Below are positions 45,693-54,698 of a stretch of 64,000 nt of DNA, in pieces. The notes beneath the pieces were generated by a model that was not told the DNA's origin, did not search any database, and worked only from the letters and a program-made list of their open reading frames with translations. The DNA is taken from contig OY970067.1 of the NCBI GenBank assembly GCA_963705305.1, forward strand, positions 209,714-273,713. Direction: 5' to 3'. Origin of the DNA: an uncultured Methylomirabilota bacterium (lineage in GTDB: Bacteria > Methylomirabilota > Methylomirabilia > Methylomirabilales > 2-02-FULL-66-22). How positions within the stretch are numbered: the first letter of the stretch is position 1; every line of letters starts with the position of its first letter. A program made the position numbers and the translations under genes.

Positions 45693-46076
45693 ATGAGCAA
45701 AGCCCCCGAACGGCGGCAAGGTCGCCGCATCACCATCGCGGGCCGCCCCGGCGGTCGCGTCCGCGTCACCCTGGAGGCCCGCCTCCTCGATCTCAGCACC
45801 AGCGGGGCCCGGATCGAGCACTTCAACGTCCTCCGGCCCGGATTCACCTGCACCCTCGAGTTCCCCGCCGCCCTGGGCCCCCTCGTCCTCCCCGTGCGGG
45901 TCGCCCGCAGCACGGTGGTGGGCACGGATTCCGGCAGCGCAGGCGAGCGGCTCCTCCGCTACGAGAGCGGGGTGATGTTCGTCGGACTCACGCCGGAGCA
46001 GCAGCGCGGCCTCGACGAGATCCTGTCGCACCTGCTCCCCCGGGAGGATCTTGGGGAAGGGCGGCTCATCCTCTGA
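45693..46076 (+). CDS. PilZ domain protein
   Basis: RRQGRRI...LLDLSTSGARIE, i.e. the RxxxR...D.S.GG PilZ motifs. GGATGGAG RBS. Confidence 0.75.
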   Translation: MSKAPERRQGRRITIAGRPGGRVRVTLEARLLDLSTSGARIEHFNVLRPGFTCTLEFPAALGPLVLPVRVARSTVVGTDSGSAGERLLRYESGVMFVGLTPEQQRGLDEILSHLLPREDLGEGRLIL

Positions 46077-46291
46077 CGATGCCGAAGTCACCTCCCTGTC
46101 CCGCGCCATGCGCCTCCCGCGCGCTCACAGATCGACGGCATGTCCGGTGTGGGTGACAACCCCGGCCGACGCCTAAAGCGCCACGGACAACCCCGGCCAC
46201 CCTGTGATAAGAATATCCGCGTCGTCACGGGCGTCTTGCCGGGGACGGGAATGCGGGCGGGGCGACACCCTGCGCGCAGGAGTCGCGACCG

Positions 46292-47353
46292 ATGGGTACA
46301 GCCAAGGCAATCCAGCTGGAATCGCTGCGGGGGCAGCTGACGGCGGCCCAGCGGGACGTCATCAACGCCGTGTGGGCCCACCACCTTGATCAAAACCGGT
46401 GGATGCCCCGCAGCCTCCTGCACGAGCGCCTCCAGCCTGCCGCCGTCGGCGCGGCCATCCAGCCCCTGCTGGGTGCCATCCTCCTCCCCTGCGAGGAGGA
46501 CGGCGAAGAGCTCTACCGTCTGACCTTCCTCGGCGTGCTCCTGACCGATCAGGGCCCGGAGTCCGAAGAGCTCCTGGCCCGCTACCTGGAGTACATCCGG
46601 GATCGTGTCAGGCGCGACCCGCGCGTCGAGTGGGTGACAAGCCACGAGGTGGAAGCAGCCCTGGGGCTGAGCCCCGAGCGTTCGCGCTTCCTGCAGCGGC
46701 TGATCCGCCTGAGCCACTGGTGGGGCGGCGGCGGCGGATTCGCCGAGCGGGAATGGACGGTGGGCGTGCCCGTCGACGTGGACGACCTCATGCCCCGGAC
46801 CGATCTGCGCGCCTATATTCAGGACCACGTCACCAGCCATTTCCTGCCGGAGGCCTCGCGTGGCATCGCCAAGCCGCTCGCGGCCCCGCCTGCCCCGCGC
46901 AGTGTCTTCTGGTTCATCGAGGATGCCGCACTGAGCCGGCAGCTGGCCATGGATTGGCATGAGGCGCAGGAGGTCTACCAGGTGCGGTGCTGGAAGAGCT
47001 GCGTCCTCCTCGCCGGCGGAATCCTGGAGGGAATGCTCCTGAACGCCCTGGCCCGCGGCAAGCCGGCGGCAAGCCGGCCCGCAGACCGAAAGACCCGCCC
47101 CGCCCCGCGCCCTTCCGATCGCTGGCCGCTGGCCAAGCTGCTGGAGGCCGCCGTGCGGCGCCGCATTCTCGCCGTGGGAACCCTGGTTCTCGGCCCGGCG
47201 CTTCAAGAATACGGGACCCTGGCCCACCCGAAGCGCCAGATCGGCCAGGGCCTCGCCATGACCCGTGACGATGCCGACCACGCCCTGAAAACCGTCCGGA
47301 AGTGCGTGCGGCTCCTGGCCGCACGGAAGAGGGGCAAAGCGGCGCGCGCCTGA
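46292..47353 (+). CDS. hypothetical protein (353 aa)
   Basis: Clean ORF with CAGGAG RBS. The C-terminal helical region has EYGTLAHP, resembling a degenerate HEPN-type EYRN..HP motif. No firm domain call. Confidence 0.55.
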   Translation: MGTAKAIQLESLRGQLTAAQRDVINAVWAHHLDQNRWMPRSLLHERLQPAAVGAAIQPLLGAILLPCEEDGEELYRLTFLGVLLTDQGPESEELLARYLEYIRDRVRRDPRVEWVTSHEVEAALGLSPERSRFLQRLIRLSHWWGGGGGFAEREWTVGVPVDVDDLMPRTDLRAYIQDHVTSHFLPEASRGIAKPLAAPPAPRSVFWFIEDAALSRQLAMDWHEAQEVYQVRCWKSCVLLAGGILEGMLLNALARGKPAASRPADRKTRPAPRPSDRWPLAKLLEAAVRRRILAVGTLVLGPALQEYGTLAHPKRQIGQGLAMTRDDADHALKTVRKCVRLLAARKRGKAARA

Positions 47354-47450
47354 GCCCGGGCGGCGCCCAGCAGGCTGTCCGCCCCCCCGGTCTTGCCGTG
47401 ATCTCTCGGGTTCCCGCCCGTCTAGCAAGATGTTGAAATACCCGTCTTCG

Positions 47451-47623
47451 CCCAGGCTGCTCAAAAAGGCCCAGATGCAAGGCGGCGTCACCCATCCCTC
47501 GGGATGGGTACCCGGCGTGGTGCGAGGCGTACTTAGCTCGTACGCCGCAACGCCACGCGAGCGCGGGGGTACCCGTCTGAAGGATGGGTCTCGGCAGATG
47601 GGCCTTCATCAGTAGCCTGCTAG
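47451..47623 (-). repeat. K-family palindromic repeat, copy K2
   Basis: Reverse complement of K1 with an extra symmetric arm. Its terminal CTAG supplies the etfA stop codon (47622-47620). Confidence 0.7.
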
Positions 47624-48678
47624 CGCTGCCCGCCCCCGTGCGGCCCTGCCTCGGCCAACAGTGCGTTCACCTTTCCCATGACCTGGAAAGCGTCCGCCAC
47701 GTACAGAACGTCGGCCTTTCCCCGAGCCCAGCCGCAGTTCGGATCGAGGTTCACCGCCCGCCGCTCGCTGATGAACCGCCAGCCCACGGTATGAGGCTCT
47801 TCCCCATGACAGCAGGTGGACAGCCCGCGGGGATGGCGCGGGGTCGCGCCCGTCTGGCCGATCTGGTTGAGATGGGTCATGAAGGAGAGCACAGCCTGGC
47901 CTTCCCCCTGGAGATCCACCAGGGATTTGCTGCCCCCCAGCGAGGCCTGCGCACGCCGCAGGAACTCGCGGATGAGCCCGGCCGCCTCCGCCACGTGCGC
48001 GGCGCCGTCGGCCTGCACCTTCGTCCAGCCCGCGCCAGCCACGAACAGCAAGGCGGCGTCGGGGCGGATCGTCTGCTCGTCGGCCGGTGGCGCCTGGATG
48101 CCGGTCATGCTCGTGCGCAGCGAGGTCTCCGGGAGACTCGCGCCGACGGCCTCGATCGCGGCTGTTCCCCGATCGCCCCGCCAGGGCTCGAGACAGCCCG
48201 GATCCAAAAGGATCAGCCAGGGCCGCTGCTCCCGCCGGACGGTTGCCTCCATGCGCTGGCGATAGTACCAGCGGCTCACGGCGGGGGACCCGCTCTCGAT
48301 CGGGAGGCCGGTGACATGCGTATCCGCCCGGCCGCCCAGCCGGAGCGCCACGCCCGGGAGCGCCCGGCTCCAGCGCGAGGTCCCCGGCGCCAGCACGAGG
48401 CCGGCCGAGGCCGCCCGGCAGACGGCCTCGGCGGCCGCCGCGTCGCTGGCATAGCGCGGCTTTGCAAACGCCGGTCCCGCGACGCCGAGGAACCGGTGGG
48501 CGCCGCAGCCCGCCAGAGTGTTGCCCGCCTCCTGCACGTCGGCCCCCACCAGGCCCACCGCCAGCTCTGCGCCGCCTAGAGCCTGCGCCAGGATCCTGGC
48601 GCACCCCACGGCCTCCAGGGCCGCGCGGGACAGTGTCCCGTCCGACTCGGTGTGAACCAGCACGAGGATGCTTTCCAT
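47620..48678 (-). CDS. etfA: electron transfer flavoprotein alpha subunit
   Basis: ETF-alpha architecture downstream of etfB. ATG 48678 with GGGGAG RBS; the ORF-track start at 48684 is GTG. Confidence 0.8.
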   Translation of the reverse strand: MESILVLVHTESDGTLSRAALEAVGCARILAQALGGAELAVGLVGADVQEAGNTLAGCGAHRFLGVAGPAFAKPRYASDAAAAEAVCRAASAGLVLAPGTSRWSRALPGVALRLGGRADTHVTGLPIESGSPAVSRWYYRQRMEATVRREQRPWLILLDPGCLEPWRGDRGTAAIEAVGASLPETSLRTSMTGIQAPPADEQTIRPDAALLFVAGAGWTKVQADGAAHVAEAAGLIREFLRRAQASLGGSKSLVDLQGEGQAVLSFMTHLNQIGQTGATPRHPRGLSTCCHGEEPHTVGWRFISERRAVNLDPNCGWARGKADVLYVADAFQVMGKVNALLAEAGPHGGGQR

Positions 48679-48741
48679 GCTCACTCCCCTGCCCGACGGC
48701 GTCCCTTGTCGGCCGCCGCTTTCGTCCTCAAACCCCCGTGA

Positions 48742-49009
48742 TTAGTGTCCTGAGTTAAAATCGATGAATAGATCCAAGACTCATCGGGGCACCCCGAGCG
48801 CGCCGGACCCGCGGGCCCGCCGGTTTCAGGACGCCGTGGCTATCTAGGTCTCGCCGTGAGCCACCCACACCCGCCCACGGCGCGACGCGTCCCGTCCGGG
48901 ACGGCGGCGCCGGAGCAAGGTGGGCCGGTTCTCGACGAGGTCCGGCGCTCGGAGGGGTGGCCCGGTGGGTCGCGGAGTTCGTTACCGGATTTCTAACTCG
49001 GGACACTAA
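48742..49009. mobile_element. MITE-like inverted-repeat element between etfB and etfA (268 bp)
   Basis: TTAGTGTCCTGAGTTAAAATCGAT (48742-) versus the reverse complement of 48986-49009, TTAGTGTCCCGAGTTAGAAATCCG (22/24). No ORF and no clear target duplication. Confidence 0.65.
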
Positions 49010-49818
49010 TCCGTCGTGATCCAGGCTACGATCTCTCTGGCGATCTCGTCGGGCGTCATGTCCTTCACCACCCGCGTCTCGCGGAGCTGCTTCGGCAGGG
49101 TGACGCCCAGGAAGCTGACGCCGCCGGCCCCCACCTTGGCCGCCTTGGCCCGCTGGAGCGCCGGCATGATGGTCTGCATGTTCGCCATGCCGATCTGTGG
49201 GTTGTTGGGCGGCTCAGGGAGATTCCCCGTGGCCCACCCCAGGACGGCCGGAGGGCCGGCGCAGGTGGACACCTGGTGCTTGCCCCCTTCGATCCGCTCG
49301 AGGATGCGGAACGTCCCGTCCCCGGAGACCGTGAGCTCATCCACACCCTGGAACTGGTCCAGGATGCCCAGCCGCTCCCCCACCTCCTGCAGCGTGACGC
49401 CGGCCCCGCGCGAGGCGGACTCCCAGCCGCCGAAGACGAGCAGGCGCGACCGATCCAGCCCAGGAATGGCCTGGATGGCCTCGGCCAGCGCGGCGGCCAC
49501 TTCGTGCGGCTCAGTGAACCCGCCTCCCGGAGCGTCCAAAGGGACCAGCTCGAAGGGGACCTTCTGTGCCACCGTCATCATCAACTGCTGGAGCTTTGCC
49601 TTGGGGCCGAGGCTCACCAGCCAGACCTTGCTCCCCGGCACGTTCTTGGCCAGATGAGCCGCCTCGTAGAGGGCGTGCGCGGCCCACGGATCCAGGACCA
49701 CCGGCAGCATCATCTCGTTCTTGAGGGCCGGGCCGGCCGGTCCCGCGATCGGCTCGAGGGTTTGCAGGGGATCCGGCACGATGCCGGCGCAGACGACGAT
49801 CTGATATCCTGTGCTCAT
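49006..49818 (-). CDS. etfB: electron transfer flavoprotein beta subunit
   Basis: N-terminus YQIVVCAGIVPDP is typical of ETF-beta. ATG 49818. The stop TAG lies inside the inverted repeat of the adjacent element. Confidence 0.8.
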   Translation of the reverse strand: MSTGYQIVVCAGIVPDPLQTLEPIAGPAGPALKNEMMLPVVLDPWAAHALYEAAHLAKNVPGSKVWLVSLGPKAKLQQLMMTVAQKVPFELVPLDAPGGGFTEPHEVAAALAEAIQAIPGLDRSRLLVFGGWESASRGAGVTLQEVGERLGILDQFQGVDELTVSGDGTFRILERIEGGKHQVSTCAGPPAVLGWATGNLPEPPNNPQIGMANMQTIMPALQRAKAAKVGAGGVSFLGVTLPKQLRETRVVKDMTPDEIAREIVAWITTD

Positions 49819-49850
49819 GGCTGACACTCCACGCCTCCCGCTCGCCTGTG

Positions 49851-50020
49851 TTTCTCTTGGTGCCCTTTGCGTCCTCGTGTGAGGAATGGCCCGAGCCTAA
49901 TCTCACGCAAAGATCGCCAAGACAGGCCTTCTCCAATTTCGAAATTCGAATTGTTCCTCCGCCCCTGCGCCCGAGCGAAGCGGTGCGCCCCTACTCTCCC
50001 GCTCCCCCGCTCCCCTGCTT
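49851..50020 (-). repeat. R-family mosaic repeat, copy R4 (orientation as R2)
   Basis: CCGAGCCTAATCTCACGCAAAGATCGCCAAGACAGGC, CAATTTCGAAATTCGAATTGTTCC and a C-run tract at 49988-50015. Confidence 0.75.
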
Positions 50021-50047
50021 CTCTGTGCGCCCCCGGCGTTTCCGCAC

Positions 50048-51925
50048 CTAGTTCTCCGCCGAGTGCAGGCCGCCGGTGCCCGCCCGGAACTCAATGTTGG
50101 TGCGCTCCGGATCCTCCGGGTGCGGCTGGACGCAGTTCCAGGTGCAGGCCCCGCAGTGCACGCACTTCTCCCGGTCGAAGGCCGGCACACCGCGCTCGCC
50201 CGGCGTGATGGCCTGGCCCGAGCAGACCTCGATGCACAGCTTGGTCCCGCACTGCTCGCAGAGATGCGGATACAGGAACACCACGTGATCGGCGTATCCC
50301 GCCGGCGCCTGGACCTTGCCGCCCAGAAGCAGCGCATCCTGGTGGGAGACCAGGAGGCTCCCGTCGTAGGGAATGGCCGGCCAGCCACATCGCTCCATCA
50401 GGGCGTCGTGCACCCTGACGCCCCGGGCGGCGCATTCCTCCCGGATCCGCCGGATCTCGGCCGCCGGGATCTTGCCGCGATAATACTCCTCGGCGGTCGG
50501 AATCCGGGCGTACGGCGGCACCGACCGTCCGGGAACGGCCAGCCGGCCCCCCGTCAGGCCCGCCAGCCCCATGCCGAGGAGCCCGCTCACGACGCCCCGC
50601 TGGAAGCCGTCGCGGGCCCGCTCCGCCACCCGGCCCTCGGCCTCGACCCAGCCGGCGCGGCGGCGGCGCACATAGGCTCGCTCCAGATTCTCGCGGGTGA
50701 AGGCCGCCCCCTCCTTCAGGAGGTCCAGGATCCCCTCGGCCAGGTGGGTGCCCGTCGTCCAGGCCTCGTCCACGCCCGAGCCCGTGAGCACGTTGGTGCT
50801 GCCCGACCCCTCACCGATGCGGGCGTATCCCTCGCCCGCCAGGAACGGCTCGCCCCGGCGTCCGGCCTCCAGCAGCGTCTTCGCCCCCCAGGACCGCAGC
50901 TTTCCCCCTTGCAGGTACCTCCACAGGTAGGGATGCAGCATCCAGTGCTGGAGGTAGCGATAGGAGGTCCGCACGGGGCTGTCGAACCAGGAGGGAACGA
51001 AGATCCCCAGCGAGGCCACGCGTCCGGGATGGACGTACAGGAAGCCGAAGATCTCCGGCTCGGGAAAGCCGAAGGTGTGCAGGACCGTGCCGGGGGCCAG
51101 GGTGACATCCTCCCGAAGGTCCACGACCATCTTGGCGCCCACCGCCCATTCGCGGCGATGGTGGCCCACCGGCAGGCCGAAGCGCTCGTCCAACTGCCGC
51201 CCGATGGGCCCCACCGGCCCATCCCCCACCACCGTGAGGGCCGCCCGGATGTCCATGCCCGGCATGAAGCCCGCGTCGGGATTCCCACGGAGGTCGGTTC
51301 CCTGGTCCAGGAGGCGCACCCCCACCACGCGCCCGTCCTCGACCAGCGGGGAAGCCACCGGCGTGCCGGGCCATATCTGCACCGTCCCGCTGCCCATCAC
51401 CTGGCCGCCGACCCACTGGATGAACTGGCCGATGGACAGGACCAGCCCTCCCTCTTTCCGGAGGAAGGGGGGGAGGTAGGGCAGCGACAGGGCGTGGTAC
51501 TCGTAGGGAAGCACGGCGCGGAGCCCGCGGATGCAGGCGTCGGCGAGGCGCAGCGCCTTCGACCGGCGGCTGGCCCCGATGGGGTCCAGGAGGTAGAGGA
51601 CCTTCTCGTGGACCACGGGGGCCGCCATGGGGATCTGCGCGGGATCCAGGTCCGGGAAGGTCGCGCGGATGCCCCGGGCCCGGCTGACGACCCCGGACAC
51701 GCCGAAGCCGATGTCGTCCGCCCGCTCGTAGCAGATCACCTGGGGCGGCAGCCCGGGGCAGGTCCGGCTCTCGATGAGAGGCGTGCCGTCCTCGCGGAGC
51801 AGGCTCCGCGACAGGGTCGTCAGAAACCCCCCCATGGCCGGCCCGAAGCCGACGCAGACGATGTCGGCCTCCATGCCCTGCCGCTCGGCAACCGGCATGG
51901 AGGCATCCGGTGTGGAAGGTGTCAT
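50048..51925 (-). CDS. electron-transfer flavoprotein:quinone oxidoreductase (FixC-like flavoprotein fused to a FixX-like 4Fe-4S ferredoxin)
   Basis: FAD-binding motif DIVCVGFGPAMGG and a C-terminal Cys cluster CVHCGACTWNC. Confidence 0.8.
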   Translation of the reverse strand: MTPSTPDASMPVAERQGMEADIVCVGFGPAMGGFLTTLSRSLLREDGTPLIESRTCPGLPPQVICYERADDIGFGVSGVVSRARGIRATFPDLDPAQIPMAAPVVHEKVLYLLDPIGASRRSKALRLADACIRGLRAVLPYEYHALSLPYLPPFLRKEGGLVLSIGQFIQWVGGQVMGSGTVQIWPGTPVASPLVEDGRVVGVRLLDQGTDLRGNPDAGFMPGMDIRAALTVVGDGPVGPIGRQLDERFGLPVGHHRREWAVGAKMVVDLREDVTLAPGTVLHTFGFPEPEIFGFLYVHPGRVASLGIFVPSWFDSPVRTSYRYLQHWMLHPYLWRYLQGGKLRSWGAKTLLEAGRRGEPFLAGEGYARIGEGSGSTNVLTGSGVDEAWTTGTHLAEGILDLLKEGAAFTRENLERAYVRRRRAGWVEAEGRVAERARDGFQRGVVSGLLGMGLAGLTGGRLAVPGRSVPPYARIPTAEEYYRGKIPAAEIRRIREECAARGVRVHDALMERCGWPAIPYDGSLLVSHQDALLLGGKVQAPAGYADHVVFLYPHLCEQCGTKLCIEVCSGQAITPGERGVPAFDREKCVHCGACTWNCVQPHPEDPERTNIEFRAGTGGLHSAEN

Positions 51926-51935
51926 GCCGCTCTTC

Positions 51936-54170
51936 TCAGACGGGGTAGTCCAGCGCCTCGGGGATCATGACCTTGGTCAGGGCGGCCGCCGCCCGGTCCT
52001 TGGCTAAGCGTGCGCCGGTGAGGCATCCATCCAGCTTCAACCGCAGCCGGACGAAAGGCTCCAGGCCGTCGAAGCAGACGCAGGGGCCGGCCTTGATCGT
52101 CCCGACACCGGCCGCCTCCCCGGCGTGCGGCTGACCCGGCACCCCCACCAGGGGAATCACGGCCGCCAGCGGGTCGGTCGCCTCGGCGGCCCGGCAGGCC
52201 GCCCCGTCGCCATCCCAGGCCGGATGGCGGTTGTAGCCGAAGACCAGCTCGGCGCAGACGCGCCCGACTTCTCCGGCGGCCCGGGCCGCCTGGACGTGAC
52301 AGAGATCCGTGAGGAACGCCAGCAGGCCGGGGAGCCCTTCCGCCACCACCGGATTGTCGGGGCCTTTGGCCTCCACCTCCAGGACATCCAGGATCAGGCA
52401 GCGGGCCGCCAGCAGCCAGCAGAGCGCATCCGCCAGGGGGAACGTCACTCCCTGCCGCGCCCCCTGATACAGCTTCCCGCCGTCCGCGTCGGCGGCGCCC
52501 TGCAGGTGGATCAGGCTCCACAGCCACATCTGCATGGCCGTCGCCAGCGTGCAGGCCCCGGTGCCCGGCCGCCGGGCGGCGATGCGCCGCATCTCCGCGA
52601 TCCATTGCTTGAACTGGGCCAGGAACAGCTCGCTGGTCATGGTGACGGACAGCTGCCGGCGCTGGACCGCCTCGGGCCCCTCGTAGGTGGCCTCCAGCTG
52701 GGCGTCCATCCACTTCTGGCCCAGGAAACCCGGACAGTCCTCCGTGATGCCGTAGCCCCCCATGAGGCTCACGGCCTCCCGCATCATGGTGGCGCCGTGC
52801 CCCGTGTTCCAGAGCTTGCAGGCGGGGCAGAGAACGTTGGCCAGGGCGTCCAGCACCAGGAACTGGACCAGGGTGTCGCCCCCGAGTGCGGAATACCGCG
52901 CCTCATCGCGCTCCCCCTCCGGCTTGCCCGCGAGGTCGATGGACTCCAGCGCGTCCTTCTGGAGACGCCGGAAGATCCGCAGCTGGGCCGTTCCGCCCCC
53001 GACCCCCTGCGCGGCGAAGATCTCGTCCTTCTTGCGCTCCAGCGGATCCAGCTCGTCGAACAGGCGCGCGGCCGCGAATCCCAGCGATGCCGCCGCCTCC
53101 CCGGCCGCCCAGACATCCACCAGGCGGTGGAGGGTGTCCTCCTTCTGCTGCAGCCCCAGCTCGTAGCGCGGCGATCCCGGCGCGATGCTCTCGCCGCCGC
53201 GGAACCGCCCCCGCTGGTAGCGGATCACCGGCTCCACCGCCGAGAGCAGCTTGGCGGCGGTCATCAGCCCCACCGTCACCCGCGTGCGCCGGAAGACGGC
53301 CTCGATGATCTCTCCGTGGCTGTAGCGGGGAACGATCACCCCGTCCTTGACCGTGTAGCCGCCGATGATCCGCCCGGCGGGGACGCGCAGGCTGAACACC
53401 GGATCGCAGGTGGAGGAGAGCTGGTGCACCAGCTTCTTGGTGGGGGTTCCGCGGTCGTAGATGCCGGGGTCGGTCTGCTCCAGGATGATCATGCAGCTGC
53501 CCTTGATCCGCTCGTCCCCGGAATCCACCGCGGCAGTGACGAAGTTGGCGAAGCCCATGTTGGTGATGAAGCGTCCGCGCTTGTCCACCTGCAGGATCGG
53601 CTCCTCCCCGTCCCGCCACTCCGCGACCCGGACCTTCCCGCTCAGCAGGCCGGTCTCCACCCCGACGTAGGGCAGGGGCTCGGTCAGGCTGAAGGCACCC
53701 CGCCAGATCTGCCGATCCTCGCCGGGCTGCGGCGGCAGGGCGCGCCGCATGTAGGTGTCCCGCTGCTCGGGGGTGCCCCGCTCGTGGATCGGCGACAGCG
53801 CCAGGTTGCCGGCCAGGCTGCAGGTGGTGGCCCCCGCATCCACCCAGGACAGCTCGAAGGCTACCAGGGCCAAGGCCAGGTTCTTGGGACCCCCGATGAA
53901 CCCCCCCTGCTCGGGGTCCATGAAGAGGGCGGTGAGGCCCGACTCGTCAAAGGCCTTCAGCAGAACGGCCTTCTGGTCGTTCCACTCATGGGAGTTCCGC
54001 GCTCCCTCGGCGACCAGCCGGGCGACGATGCCGCGGGCCACCGAGCGGGCGGCTTGCACCAGCATCTGGAGATCGTACCGATCGGTGAAGCGCCACATGA
54101 TCTGCCGGACGTCGTCACCCGGAAGCGTGCGCAATGCCTCTGGACTGCTCCGCTCCACACCGGTTTCCAT
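51936..54170 (-). CDS. large acyl-CoA dehydrogenase family protein (744 aa)
   Basis: ACAD-like N- and middle domains (GGF.GGPKN, FSLTEP..G). GAGAGGAA RBS. First gene of the ACAD/ETF-QO/etfBA cluster. Confidence 0.75.
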   Translation of the reverse strand: METGVERSSPEALRTLPGDDVRQIMWRFTDRYDLQMLVQAARSVARGIVARLVAEGARNSHEWNDQKAVLLKAFDESGLTALFMDPEQGGFIGGPKNLALALVAFELSWVDAGATTCSLAGNLALSPIHERGTPEQRDTYMRRALPPQPGEDRQIWRGAFSLTEPLPYVGVETGLLSGKVRVAEWRDGEEPILQVDKRGRFITNMGFANFVTAAVDSGDERIKGSCMIILEQTDPGIYDRGTPTKKLVHQLSSTCDPVFSLRVPAGRIIGGYTVKDGVIVPRYSHGEIIEAVFRRTRVTVGLMTAAKLLSAVEPVIRYQRGRFRGGESIAPGSPRYELGLQQKEDTLHRLVDVWAAGEAAASLGFAAARLFDELDPLERKKDEIFAAQGVGGGTAQLRIFRRLQKDALESIDLAGKPEGERDEARYSALGGDTLVQFLVLDALANVLCPACKLWNTGHGATMMREAVSLMGGYGITEDCPGFLGQKWMDAQLEATYEGPEAVQRRQLSVTMTSELFLAQFKQWIAEMRRIAARRPGTGACTLATAMQMWLWSLIHLQGAADADGGKLYQGARQGVTFPLADALCWLLAARCLILDVLEVEAKGPDNPVVAEGLPGLLAFLTDLCHVQAARAAGEVGRVCAELVFGYNRHPAWDGDGAACRAAEATDPLAAVIPLVGVPGQPHAGEAAGVGTIKAGPCVCFDGLEPFVRLRLKLDGCLTGARLAKDRAAAALTKVMIPEALDYPV

Positions 54171-54372
54171 GAGTGCGTTCCTCTCTGTGGAGTTGGGGGG
54201 AAAGTCGTTCCGATCCGGCGAGATCGGAAGGCGTGCGGACGTGCGGATCCCGCCGGGGTGCCCTGCGGGTTCCGGCTGCGCCCCCAGGACGGCAGCCCCT
54301 GCCCCGACGCTCTCTTATCGCCGGGATGGGACGGCGCCGTCAAGGTCTTTCAGCCCAGGATCGGAATTTGTC

Positions 54373-54573
54373 CTACCCGCTACACAAAGGTGTTGAAGAT
54401 TCGTTTGTCAATAGGCGCGATTCCCCCGTGGTTACAGCGCATTCCGTCCTTTTCGGATTGGGCTGGCATCGAGGAAGATTTCCTCCCCGACAAGGCGTTC
54501 CGATTCGGTCAACCAATTCATGCTGTTACTAGCGAAACGCCGACCGTTATCAACACCTTTGTGTAACGGCTAG
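54373..54573 (-). mobile_element. MITE-1 copy b (inverted relative to copy a)
   Basis: 194/201 identical to the reverse complement of 11385-11585, with no indels. Perfect 9-bp duplication GAATTTGTC at 54364-54372 and 54574-54582. Confidence 0.9.
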
Positions 54574-54698
54574 GAATTTGTCACAAACTGGGGAGCAAGT
54601 CCGGCCGGGCCCCGGCCGGCCCGGCGCGATCGCTAGATGGGTGCGCCGGGCGGCGCCTCCCGGCGGAGGCGCCGCCCCGTTCTGCACTGGTTCGTGCG

